From Clostridiales bacterium (GTDB taxonomy: Bacteria > Bacillota > Clostridia > Christensenellales > UBA1242), in contig SVIQ01000005.1 in assembly GCA_015069415.1 (NCBI GenBank), positions 27,415 through 91,414 on the forward strand: a stretch of DNA of 64,000 nt. Reading direction: 5' to 3'. Positions 48,416 through 56,791 of the stretch are shown here, piece by piece; position 1 is the first letter of the stretch; each line of letters opens with the position of its first letter. Below the pieces are notes generated by a model. The model saw nothing but the letters and a program-made list of their open reading frames with translations, had not been told where the DNA came from and did not search any database. The position numbers and the translations under genes are program-made.

Positions 48416-48707
48416 AGTTGTGACAATCTGTGGTGGTTTAAAGTTTCAAAAAGAAATGCAATCAATTTCAAGGGATTTAACTTTAAATAATGGTTGGTGT
48501 GTAATTCAGTGTGTTTACGAAATAGACAAAACAAAAATCACACAATTGGAAATTGACAATATGGTCAAAGCTCATTACAAAAAAATTGAAATTTCAGATG
48601 CGATTTATGTGGTCAACATTAATGGCTACATTGGAAATTCTACAAAAAATGAAATTGAATACGCAAAATCTTTAAACAAAGAAATCATTTATCATGAGGA
48701 AAGGTAA
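48405..48707 (+). CDS. small nucleoside 2-deoxyribosyltransferase / DNPH1(Rcl)-like superfamily protein
   Basis: 100 aa. It has a KVVTICGGLKF N-terminal beta-loop, and DAIYVVNINGYIGNSTKNEIEYAKSLNKEIIY matches the D/S-x-G-T-x-x-E-I-G-Y-A-x-x-L-x-K-P-I type motif of that fold. It overlaps the NUDIX stop by 11 nt. Confidence 0.4.
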   Translation: MKIKVVTICGGLKFQKEMQSISRDLTLNNGWCVIQCVYEIDKTKITQLEIDNMVKAHYKKIEISDAIYVVNINGYIGNSTKNEIEYAKSLNKEIIYHEER

Positions 48708-48712
48708 TAAAA

Positions 48713-49018
48713 GTGAATTTAGAAGAACAAGTTGAAATTTCCATATTATTTAAGTATTATGGAAAATTGTTAACTGAAAAACAACAGGAAGCAATCAGAA
48801 TGTATGTTGATGACAATTTGTCACTTGGCGAAATAGGGGATGAACTAAGCATTACAAGGCAAGGGGTGAAAGATGCGTTAGATAAGGCTATTTTGTCTTT
48901 AAAAAAATACGAAGATAATTTAGGATTTATTAAACGTGACGAAAAAATACGAGCCAACTTAAAAAATACAGATGAAAGCATTAAAACTAAAATTATATCT
49001 ATCTTGGAGGACATCTAA
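48713..49018 (+). CDS. ylxM: YlxM/UPF0122 helix-turn-helix protein (SRP operon)
   Basis: LFKYYGKLLTEKQQEAIRMYVDDNLSLGEIGDELSITRQGVKDAL. Directly upstream of ffh. GTG start. Confidence 0.8.
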   Translation: MNLEEQVEISILFKYYGKLLTEKQQEAIRMYVDDNLSLGEIGDELSITRQGVKDALDKAILSLKKYEDNLGFIKRDEKIRANLKNTDESIKTKIISILEDI

Positions 49019-50370
49019 TGGCATTATTTTCAGGCTTAAGCGAAAGATTAAATCACATATTTAGCAAAATGACTAAACACGGCAAATTGACTGCTCTAGA
49101 AATTAAGGAAGCAATGAGAGAAATTCGTATTGCGTTACTAGAAGCCGATGTTAATTTTTCTGTTGCAAAAAATTTCATAGCAAAGGTTAGCGAACTTGCA
49201 GTTGGCGAAGAAATATTAAAAAGTTTAACTCCAACACAACAAGTAATCAAAATCGTCCGCGATGAATTAACTTCTTTAATGGGAGGAGACAATCAAAAAT
49301 TGGAAGTTGCATCAAAACCTCCTACAATTATTATGATGTGCGGTCTTCAAGGTAGTGGTAAAACTACCATGTGTGGTAAACTTGCTTTGAAACTAAAAAA
49401 AGAGGGCAAAAAACCTTTGCTGGTTGCGTGTGACGTATATAGACCAGCAGCAATTGATCAACTTAAAGTTCTTGGTAAATCTATTCAAATTGATGTTTTT
49501 GAAAAGGGTACACAAAATCCTGCAAAAACTGTGAAACAAGCAGTTGAGTATGCAAACAAATTTGCTCTTGACACTGTTATTATTGATACTGCCGGACGAC
49601 TTCAAATCGATGAAAAATTGATGGACGAATTAAAGGAAATCAAAAAGGTTGTTGATCCAACCGAAATTTTGCTAGTAATTGATTCTATGATTGGTCAAGA
49701 AGCAGTTGCAGTTTCTACAGCGTTTAATGACGCTTTGGATATCACAGGAGTTGTTTTAACTAAAGTTGATGGAGACAGCCGTGGAGGTGCTGCGCTTTCA
49801 ATTAAAGCAGTTATGGGTAAACCTATTAAATTTATTGGTGTAGGTGAAAAACTGACTGATTTAGAACCTTTCTATCCAGACAGAATGGCGTCTAGAATTT
49901 TAGGTATGGGAGACGTTTTAACTCTTATCGACAAGGCGCAAGAAGCAGTTGATGAAGAAACTGCAAAAGAAATGGAAAGAAAATTCCGTGAAAACAGTTT
50001 CGACCTTAACGATTACATTGAGCAAGTAAATTCTCTTAAGAAAATGGGTGGTATTAAATCTGTTCTTTCTATGATTCCAGGAATTGGTGGAAAGTTAAAA
50101 CAGATTGAAGACCAAATTGATGATAAAGCGCTAGAAAAAAACAAGGCAATAATTCAATCGATGACAACAAAAGAGAGAATGAATCCTGAAATCATAAACG
50201 GAAGCCGTCGCCAAAGAATTGCAAAAGGTGCAGGTGTTCAAGTAAGCGATGTAAACCAATTAATTAAGCAATTCAATCAATCAAAAGAAATGATGAAAAT
50301 GATGAAAAATCCGAAAGCCCATGGAGGAAAAATGGCAATGATGAAGAAACTCATGGGAGGAGGATTTTAG
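49018..50370 (+). CDS. ffh: signal recognition particle protein Ffh
   Basis: GLQGSGKTTMCGKLA, DTAGR, TKVDGDSRGGAALS, and a Met-rich M domain tail. Confidence 0.95.
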   Translation: MALFSGLSERLNHIFSKMTKHGKLTALEIKEAMREIRIALLEADVNFSVAKNFIAKVSELAVGEEILKSLTPTQQVIKIVRDELTSLMGGDNQKLEVASKPPTIIMMCGLQGSGKTTMCGKLALKLKKEGKKPLLVACDVYRPAAIDQLKVLGKSIQIDVFEKGTQNPAKTVKQAVEYANKFALDTVIIDTAGRLQIDEKLMDELKEIKKVVDPTEILLVIDSMIGQEAVAVSTAFNDALDITGVVLTKVDGDSRGGAALSIKAVMGKPIKFIGVGEKLTDLEPFYPDRMASRILGMGDVLTLIDKAQEAVDEETAKEMERKFRENSFDLNDYIEQVNSLKKMGGIKSVLSMIPGIGGKLKQIEDQIDDKALEKNKAIIQSMTTKERMNPEIINGSRRQRIAKGAGVQVSDVNQLIKQFNQSKEMMKMMKNPKAHGGKMAMMKKLMGGGF

Positions 50371-50646
50371 AAATTAAGAATGGAAAGTGAAGAATTGAGT
50401 TAAATTTAAAATCATTTTGGATGATTTTACTGAATTTAACTTGAGGAAAGAAACTCGAAGAATTTAGCAATGCATTAATTACTAAATATTCTGTTAAACA
50501 AAAAAATTTTATTTATTAATAAAAAAAATGATAAAAAGAGAGAAAAAATCAACATTTTCTTTCTTTTTTGTTGTTTTTTAAAAATTTTTTTCATTTTTCC
50601 TTAAATTTGTTTTATTTTCGACAATTTTTTGATATTATATAAGCAT

Positions 50647-51408
50647 ATGATGAAAAGAGAAAATATTAGTTCAGTGTTAATATTTTTGCAAGCAATACTA
50701 TTAACTACAATAGTTGTGTTTTTTGCATTAGCAGTTGGTAGTTTTAATTTACCATTTAATGCATTTAAGGTTTTCAAAAGTTTAGCGCAAGTGTTAGTAT
50801 TTTCATGTATTCCATATGTTGCTTTTGCGTTTAACATAAAAACAACTAAAACTTTGCAAGTTTACATTTTAATTGCATTTTTAGGTCATTTGTTGGGCGG
50901 AAATGTTTTTAGATTGTATGCAACTTGTTGGTATTACAGCTTTGTTTTACATATGGTGAACAGTGCAGTTATTGGAATTATAATTTACAATCAAATTCAC
51001 AAAAAATGTCCAAATCATAGCAAACAATTTTTGTTTCTTATGACCATGTGCGCAGTTCTCGCTGTTGGCGTGTTGTGGGAATTGTTTGAATATTTTAATG
51101 ATATTGTGTTTGCTTCTAAAAACATGCAAAGAACAATAAATTCAATAACACATGAGCCATTCGTTGGGAAAAGGGCAATTAGAGATACGATGATTGATTT
51201 CTTAATGGATATGGCTGGAGGTGTCTTGTCTTGTGGTTTGGCTTTAATTCCGATTAAAGGAAAACCAATGCATAAGTATTTTCAAGTAGATTTTCCTGAG
51301 AAAATTAGTAATTGTTTAAAGTTTAAGCGTGCAAAGAAGAACGAGAGCAAAACTGTCGAAGTTGAAACGAACAAAATTTATGACAAAGATGAAAATAACG
51401 AAGTTTAA
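50647..51408 (+). CDS. hypothetical multi-pass membrane protein
   Basis: About 6 hydrophobic segments and an acidic/basic C-terminal tail. I prefer the ATG at 50647 to the TTG at 50629. It interrupts the usual ffh-rpsP adjacency. Confidence 0.5.
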   Translation: MMKRENISSVLIFLQAILLTTIVVFFALAVGSFNLPFNAFKVFKSLAQVLVFSCIPYVAFAFNIKTTKTLQVYILIAFLGHLLGGNVFRLYATCWYYSFVLHMVNSAVIGIIIYNQIHKKCPNHSKQFLFLMTMCAVLAVGVLWELFEYFNDIVFASKNMQRTINSITHEPFVGKRAIRDTMIDFLMDMAGGVLSCGLALIPIKGKPMHKYFQVDFPEKISNCLKFKRAKKNESKTVEVETNKIYDKDENNEV

Positions 51409-51448
51409 AGATATTCCTAAAATTTAAGGAATATTTTTTAAAAAACAC

Positions 51449-51477
51449 TTTACAAACTAAAAAGATTGTGTTATAAT
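51449..51477 (+). promoter_or_regulatory. sigma-A promoter of rpsP
   Basis: TTTACA, 17-nt spacer, TGt-TATAAT. Confidence 0.6.
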
Positions 51478-51519
51478 GTAAAGCGAAAATACTTTACAAG
51501 GTATTAAAAGGAGAAAATT

Positions 51520-51816
51520 ATGGCAGTTAAGATTAGATTAACTCGTTTAGGCGACAAAAAATCTCCATTCTATCGTGTAGTTGTTGCTGATGCTAGAGTT
51601 GCAAGAGACGGAAAATATATCGAACAAATCGGTACTTACAATCCTCTTACTAACCCAGCTGAAATTAAAATCAACAACGAATTAGCTGAAAAATGGCTTA
51701 AGAATGGTGCTCAACCTACAGAAACAGCTAAAGCATTACTTCAAAGAGTTGGTGTTTTAGAAGTTAAGGGTAACAGCGTTGCTAAAACAAATGATAAAAA
51801 GAAAAAGAAAGCATAA
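51520..51816 (+). CDS. rpsP: 30S ribosomal protein S16
   Basis: [31 protein letters not shown]. Confidence 0.95.
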   Translation: MAVKIRLTRLGDKKSPFYRVVVADARVARDGKYIEQIGTYNPLTNPAEIKINNELAEKWLKNGAQPTETAKALLQRVGVLEVKGNSVAKTNDKKKKKA

Positions 51817-51826
51817 GGAGTAAGTT

Positions 51827-52054
51827 ATGCAAGAAATGTTAGAGTACATCGTTAAAAATCTTGTTGACAATCCTGATGCTGTTGAAATTAACGTTGAAAA
51901 TCAAGGTAAAACAAAAGTTTTCAAAGTAAAGGTTGAAGCTAAGGACTTAGGAAATGTCATCGGTCGTGGCGGTAGCATTGCTAACGCTATCAGAACTGTT
52001 GTTAGATCTACTGGTGGCAAAGAAAGATTAGTCATTAAGTTTGAAGAAAAATAA
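51827..52054 (+). CDS. khpA: KH-domain RNA-binding protein (YlqC/KhpA)
   Basis: 75 aa, GxxG loop VIGRGGSIANAIRTVV. Conserved position after rpsP. Confidence 0.8.
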   Translation: MQEMLEYIVKNLVDNPDAVEINVENQGKTKVFKVKVEAKDLGNVIGRGGSIANAIRTVVRSTGGKERLVIKFEEK

Positions 52055-52076
52055 TCGGTTTAACCGATTATTTTTT
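52052..52076 (+). terminator. rho-independent terminator after khpA
   Basis: 7-bp stem TAATCGG/CCGATTA followed by T6. Confidence 0.7.
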
Positions 52077-52080
52077 AGCA

Positions 52081-52122
52081 AAAAAATAAAAGGCATTTTA
52101 TATTATTTTAATAATGCCTTTT
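52081..52122 (-). terminator. terminator of the minus-strand gene 52137-53342
   Basis: 10-bp stem AAAAGGCATT/AATGCCTTTT. An A-run on the + side gives T6 on the minus strand. Confidence 0.6.
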
Positions 52123-52136
52123 ATAATTAAACAAGT

Positions 52137-53342
52137 TTATAATATATGCTCTTCATCTTCGGAATAGAAAGATGGTTGAGTTGTTTTAGGTTGTAGAGTT
52201 GTCATTATTGATGATTCTTTTTTGACTGAAGTTTGACTGATTTGTGTTAATTCAGATTCGTTGATTTTTTCGCCAACAGGGATTTGTGTTAAAGGTTGTT
52301 TTTCGAGAAGATCTTCCTCAACTTTTTCCAAAGAGTACAAGTCAAACTTTTCTCCGGGTTGTAATCCTTTTAGTTTAGCCATTATTTGTAACATTTCAAA
52401 ACTATCTGGAATACTTATAAATTCTAACTCACTTGCTGGAACATTAACTTTTGTTGAAACTAAATCAGAACAATTAGAAGGATGTTTTCCACCTGAAGAA
52501 TGAGCAAAGAAAGTGCCAATAGCCCATATAAACATATCTCCTTTAGCTTGAAGTTCTAAATAATCTCTTAAAGGCATTGCTGTCCTATGTGCAAATGCAT
52601 TGCTTGCATTTAAAACATATTTTTTAGAATTTATAGGAATTAATGCTATTTGTGGTCTTTTAGAACATAGTTTTGTAATAACTTTTCTTGCATTTTCTAT
52701 AATTGCGGGTTGTTCTTCTAATCTAAAATTTTTATTGATTTTATCAATGGCAACCCTTAAATAATAATCTTCTTTTTTTTCTCCAACTAAAACTGGTAAG
52801 GGATTTTCGCCTTGGTTTAAGGGTCCATGAAATAGTCGTTCTGGAGATTGTTGCATAGCATAATATATAGAATTTGAACCTGGACTTGTGTAATATATTT
52901 CCGAAGAGTCTCTAGATTGATTTTTTAAAAATTCTGATGTTCCTAAAGCTTTTTCGAGTTTTTCTAGTTCAGTTCCTATAACTCTATCATAATTTTTATC
53001 GCTTCCCAAACCATTTTTCTTTATCATTGGCAAATTAAAACCATTGAAAGAGTGAGTGACAACGCCCTCATCAATAATGTTCCTTACTAATGCATCTTGC
53101 ACTTTTTCATTACGTTTCATATTTTTTGGTTTAGGCTCTTGCTTTATAAGTTTAAGTAATTCTTTATAAGAATAAGTTTTCGTATCCCTTGTTGAAATGT
53201 AATAGGCTAATATTTCTCCCATAATATGTTGCATATTCTCAAGATTGTCGCAATTTTTTATCATTTCTTCTATAAAAGTTTTATCTTGAAAGATTTTATT
53301 TAGTGTTGTAGCTAATTTTTTAATACTTTTCATACTATTCAT
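52137..53342 (-). CDS. hypothetical protein (about 400 aa, soluble, no recognisable motif)
   Basis: Long clean ORF. The first ATG (53342) overlaps a consensus -10 box, so the functional start may be the ATG at 53333 (MKSIKKL...). No Shine-Dalgarno sequence. Confidence 0.55.
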   Translation of the reverse strand: MNSMKSIKKLATTLNKIFQDKTFIEEMIKNCDNLENMQHIMGEILAYYISTRDTKTYSYKELLKLIKQEPKPKNMKRNEKVQDALVRNIIDEGVVTHSFNGFNLPMIKKNGLGSDKNYDRVIGTELEKLEKALGTSEFLKNQSRDSSEIYYTSPGSNSIYYAMQQSPERLFHGPLNQGENPLPVLVGEKKEDYYLRVAIDKINKNFRLEEQPAIIENARKVITKLCSKRPQIALIPINSKKYVLNASNAFAHRTAMPLRDYLELQAKGDMFIWAIGTFFAHSSGGKHPSNCSDLVSTKVNVPASELEFISIPDSFEMLQIMAKLKGLQPGEKFDLYSLEKVEEDLLEKQPLTQIPVGEKINESELTQISQTSVKKESSIMTTLQPKTTQPSFYSEDEEHIL

Positions 53343-53368
53343 TATACCATAAAAACTTGATTTATCAA
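53341..53368 (-). promoter_or_regulatory. sigma-A promoter predicting a leaderless or near-leaderless mRNA; the -35 is embedded in a 7-bp inverted repeat
   Basis: The minus strand reads TTGATA, 16-nt spacer, TGg-TATAAT, then GAATAGT-ATG. The inverted repeat ACTTGAT-TT-ATCAAGT (53355-53370) overlaps the -35. Confidence 0.4.
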
Positions 53369-53547
53369 GTATTTAGCGAGAAAATATATTAATAGAAGAC
53401 TAAATACTTTACTGATAGATAGTGTAAGCTGAAAACTGTTAAGTATACTTCTATTTTTTTCATTAATAATTATTCATGCATTTTATAAAATTATAAAAAT
53501 TTGAGTATAAAAAAAATTTAATTTTTTGGATATATTTACAATAATTG

Positions 53548-53576
53548 TTGACAAAAATAAAAAGATTTTATATAAT
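53548..53576 (+). promoter_or_regulatory. consensus sigma-A promoter of tRNA-Trp
   Basis: TTGACA, 17-nt spacer, TATAAT. The tRNA 5' end lies 11 nt downstream of the -10. Confidence 0.65.
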
Positions 53577-53586
53577 AATAAAGCAT

Positions 53587-53661
53587 AGGGGAGTGGCTCA
53601 ACGGTAGAGTAGTGGTCTCCAAAACCATTGGTTGCGTGTTCGAATCGCGTCTCCCCTGCCA
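53587..53661 (+). tRNA. trnW: tRNA-Trp (anticodon CCA), 3' CCA encoded
   Basis: Hand-folded cloverleaf. Acceptor stem AGGGGAG/CTCCCCT, anticodon loop CTCCAAA, T-loop TTCGAAT, discriminator G, CCA. Confidence 0.9.
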
Positions 53662-53667
53662 AATTTC

Positions 53668-53692
53668 TCGAACTTTCAAGTTCGATTTTTTA
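53668..53692 (+). terminator. rho-independent terminator after tRNA-Trp
   Basis: 7-bp stem TCGAACT/AGTTCGA, TTCA loop, T6. Confidence 0.75.
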
Positions 53693-53774
53693 TTTAAACA
53701 AATTTTTTCAAATATTTTTTTAATGTAATAATTAGATTTTTTTGTACGCTTGAATAGGATATTTAGTTATACAA

Positions 53775-53808
53775 TAAAAAATCACACCAAATATTTGGTG
53801 GATTTTTT
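53775..53808 (-). terminator. bidirectional hairpin, terminator of 53814-54479
   Basis: Palindrome CACCAAAT/ATTTGGTG extended by ATC/GAT. An A-run lies upstream and a T-run downstream on the + strand. Confidence 0.6.
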
Positions 53809-53813
53809 GAGTT

Positions 53814-54479
53814 TTATCTATTTGTTGTTGATTGAGGGCTAACGGCAGTTGGATATAATGGAAGTTCGAAAACTCCTGGACAAATGTCGTCGCCTGTAAA
53901 TGGAGTGCAAGGTGGGATAGGGCAATAGCCATAACTTGGAACAAGAACATCTACTACTGCTACAACTTTTAAAATTGTTGTAACGCACGCAGAAATCGTA
54001 AATCCGCCGGTTGTAGGGTTGTAACTTCCTTCTGCAATCACAGCACTTCCAAACGCAATTACGTCAATAGGTGTAAGACTTGGTTGTGGAACGTACAAGA
54101 TTACATCTTGGTTTAATGAAATTGTGCCCGTTGCTGTTCCCGGCGTGTTGTTCGCATCAGTATATGTAACTGTTACTGGAATGTTAATTGTTGCTTGAAC
54201 ACGTGCGAAGTTTGGTCTGTCGTCAAATCGAGTAATAACAAGATTTGAAATTGTAGTTGTGCCTCCAAGAGAATTTCCGCTTACAAAGTTAAGTGGAGTT
54301 GTTGGATTTGCTGGATTAAAATCTGTTAAAGTAAGTGAGTAATTTTCAATTTGACTTTGATTCATGCATGCGTCAAAAACTTTTGTTGCTTGAATGCAAA
54401 TTCTTTCACACAGTCCGTTAGTCACATTGTTCGTTTGACCAGGGAATATTCCAGGTCTAGAATCTGTATAAAAAGACAT
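53814..54479 (-). CDS. hypothetical Cys-capped, Thr/Val/Asn/Pro-rich (predicted all-beta) protein; candidate spore or surface structural protein
   Basis: Strong AGGAGG RBS. 221 aa with no signal peptide or TM segment. Three Cys sit near the N-terminus (GLCERICIQATKVFDAC) and three near the C-terminus (YGYCPIPPCTPFTGDDIC). G+C looks higher than the neighbours. Confidence 0.6.
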   Translation of the reverse strand: MSFYTDSRPGIFPGQTNNVTNGLCERICIQATKVFDACMNQSQIENYSLTLTDFNPANPTTPLNFVSGNSLGGTTTISNLVITRFDDRPNFARVQATINIPVTVTYTDANNTPGTATGTISLNQDVILYVPQPSLTPIDVIAFGSAVIAEGSYNPTTGGFTISACVTTILKVVAVVDVLVPSYGYCPIPPCTPFTGDDICPGVFELPLYPTAVSPQSTTNR

Positions 54480-54595
54480 GTAAATAAACCTCCTAATGAT
54501 ATTATATTTTATTCATTTTGTTTTAAATGTGTGAGAAGAATTGAAAATGTTTGACGAAGAAAATTTTTTATGATAAAATTAATAAAGGAGAAATT

Positions 54596-55291
54596 ATGAA
54601 TATCTATTCGATTAGTGATTTACATCTTGATATTAATAACACTAAACCAATGGATATTTTTGGTCCGTCTTGGGTTGGATATATTGACAAAATTGTAGAA
54701 AATTGGAACGAAATAGTTGATGAAGACGACATTGTAGTTCTTGCTGGCGATTTATCGTGGGCAATGAAATTAGAAGATGTTGTGCCCGACTTTGATTTTC
54801 TACACAAGTTAAAGGGTAAAAAAATTATTGTTCGTGGTAATCATGATTATTGGTGGAGCAGTTTAAATAAGGTTCGTTCGTCACTCCCAGAAAGCATTGT
54901 AGCTCTTCAAAATGATGCTGTAAAAATTGGGAATTATATCTTTTGTGGGAACAGAGGATGGCAAATTCCAGAAGGAAAGTTTGACACAGAAGAAAACAGA
55001 AAATTGTATGCAAGAGAATTAATTAGACTTGATTTATCACTAAAAAATGCAATGAAATTAAAAAAGGATAATGAAAAAATTGTGTTTGTCACACATTTCC
55101 CGCCGTTCAATAACAAAAGAGAGCCTAGTGAATATACAAAAAAACTGACTGAAGCTGGAGTAGATATTGTAATTTTTGGACATTTACATGGTTACGTTAA
55201 CCCTAAAATGATTTATAACGAAATTGATGGAGTTAAGTATTATTTAACAAGTTGCGATGCTGTAAAAAATAAATTGGTAAAAATAGATTAG
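54596..55291 (+). CDS. calcineurin-like metallophosphoesterase
   Basis: ISDLHLD, GDLSWA, GNHDYWW, GHLHG. AAGGAG RBS before the ATG at 54596. Confidence 0.8.
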   Translation: MNIYSISDLHLDINNTKPMDIFGPSWVGYIDKIVENWNEIVDEDDIVVLAGDLSWAMKLEDVVPDFDFLHKLKGKKIIVRGNHDYWWSSLNKVRSSLPESIVALQNDAVKIGNYIFCGNRGWQIPEGKFDTEENRKLYARELIRLDLSLKNAMKLKKDNEKIVFVTHFPPFNNKREPSEYTKKLTEAGVDIVIFGHLHGYVNPKMIYNEIDGVKYYLTSCDAVKNKLVKID

Positions 55292-55297
55292 GAGATT

Positions 55298-56224
55298 ATG
55301 GAATTTAATCATATTTCAGTGCTTAAAGAAGAATCGATTGCTGGACTAAACATTCGTCCAGACGGTTTTTACGTCGATTGTACGACCGGAGGAGCAGGGC
55401 ATTCAAAGGAAATTGCAAAAAGGCTCACAACGGGAAGGTTGATTTGTATTGACAAAGATTTAGATGCTTTGTCCGTAGCTAAAGAACGTCTTAAAGAATT
55501 TGACTGTGTTACATTTGTTAACAATAATTTCGCAAATATTGATGAAATTTTAGATGAATTAGGAATTGACAAAGTAGACGGAATTTTAGCAGATTTAGGA
55601 GTTAGTAGTTATCAAATCGACACTGCTGAACGTGGTTTTTCATTCATGAGAGATGCTCGTCTTGATATGCGTATGGACAAAAACGCAAAACTAGACGCTT
55701 ATTATATTGTAAACAATTATTCTGAAAACGATTTGGCAAAAATCATGTTTACTTATGGAGAAGAAAAGAATTCAAGACAAATTGCTAGAAAGATTGTGAA
55801 ACAACGCGAAGTTAAACCTATTGAAACAACTTTTGAATTAAGGGATATTGTAGTTTCAAGTTATCCGCCTAAATTTCAAGGAAAAACAAGTTTGCCAAAC
55901 AAAGTTTTCCAAGCAATACGTATTGAAGTTAACAATGAAATGAACGATTTGGAAAAAGCAGTTGAAAAAATGTTGTCAAAATTAAACAAATTTGGTAGAC
56001 TATGTATAATTACATTCCATCCATTGGAAGATAGAGTGGTGAAACTGAGTTTTAAAGAGCATGCAACTGATTGCATTTGCCCGCCCAGAATACCGATGTG
56101 CGTGTGTAATCATAAGGCCGACATAAAGCTCATAACTAAGCATCCGATTGTTCCGACGGATAATGAATTACTAGGAAATTCTAGGTCTGCAAGCGCAAAA
56201 CTTAGAATTGCAGAAAAATTGTAA
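55298..56224 (+). CDS. rsmH: 16S rRNA (cytosine1402-N4)-methyltransferase RsmH (MraW)
   Basis: DCTTGGAGHS, DLGVSSYQ. First gene of the dcw cluster. Confidence 0.9.
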   Translation: MEFNHISVLKEESIAGLNIRPDGFYVDCTTGGAGHSKEIAKRLTTGRLICIDKDLDALSVAKERLKEFDCVTFVNNNFANIDEILDELGIDKVDGILADLGVSSYQIDTAERGFSFMRDARLDMRMDKNAKLDAYYIVNNYSENDLAKIMFTYGEEKNSRQIARKIVKQREVKPIETTFELRDIVVSSYPPKFQGKTSLPNKVFQAIRIEVNNEMNDLEKAVEKMLSKLNKFGRLCIITFHPLEDRVVKLSFKEHATDCICPPRIPMCVCNHKADIKLITKHPIVPTDNELLGNSRSASAKLRIAEKL

Positions 56225-56233
56225 AGGGGAGAA

Positions 56234-56758
56234 ATGGATTTCGAAAGGGAGAGAGAAAGCGAACTAAACACTTCTGTTGATGTTGAAACTCAAAGTGAAC
56301 GCAAAATCAAATTTGAAGATTTGCCTAACATTGAAGAGATGATCAAAAGTGAACAGACAGTGCAAAACGAAACAAAGTTTGAAGGCTTAACCAAAGTTGA
56401 GCCTAATGTTTTAAGCGAAAATCGAACTTTTAAAAAGAAAGAAGATCAAAAAAAATCCTTTATAAAAAAGAGAATTAAAACCATAAGTGGTGTATATATC
56501 GCAATCACAACACTAATTCTTGTTTTAGTTGGAGTTAACATTTTTACATTAGTTGCATTGAATAAAGAGATTGATGCGAACAAAGCAACAATGCAAAGAG
56601 AAAGTGTCGCGCTTGAGTACGAAAAGACTGACATTCCGTCCAACGCTAGTGAATCTTTTGAAATTTCACTAAACGAACCAAGAGATTATTCAGATGATTA
56701 TCAAGAATTAACATTCTTAGATAAAATGACAATCTTCTTTAGAAATTTACTTGGCTAA
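56234..56758 (+). CDS. ftsL: bitopic membrane protein in the FtsL position
   Basis: Single TM segment (VYIAITTLILVLVGVNIFTLVAL) followed by a short polar segment. The call is by position between rsmH and the class B PBP. The sequence itself is not diagnostic. Confidence 0.4.
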   Translation: MDFERERESELNTSVDVETQSERKIKFEDLPNIEEMIKSEQTVQNETKFEGLTKVEPNVLSENRTFKKKEDQKKSFIKKRIKTISGVYIAITTLILVLVGVNIFTLVALNKEIDANKATMQRESVALEYEKTDIPSNASESFEISLNEPRDYSDDYQELTFLDKMTIFFRNLLG

Positions 56759-56791
56759 TTCTAAATCTTAGTTTCCAAAATATAATATTAC

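Noticed and set aside
50440-50500. Possible third, decayed copy of the repeat's left arm after ffh (ACTCGAAGAATTTAGCAATGCATTAATTACTAAAT against GCTCGAAGATTTGCCGTTCACTAAAC).
   Set aside because: The similarity is limited to about 12 nt plus scattered matches in A/T-rich sequence. No right arm or conserved core is present. It could be chance, and is worth including only in a computational search.
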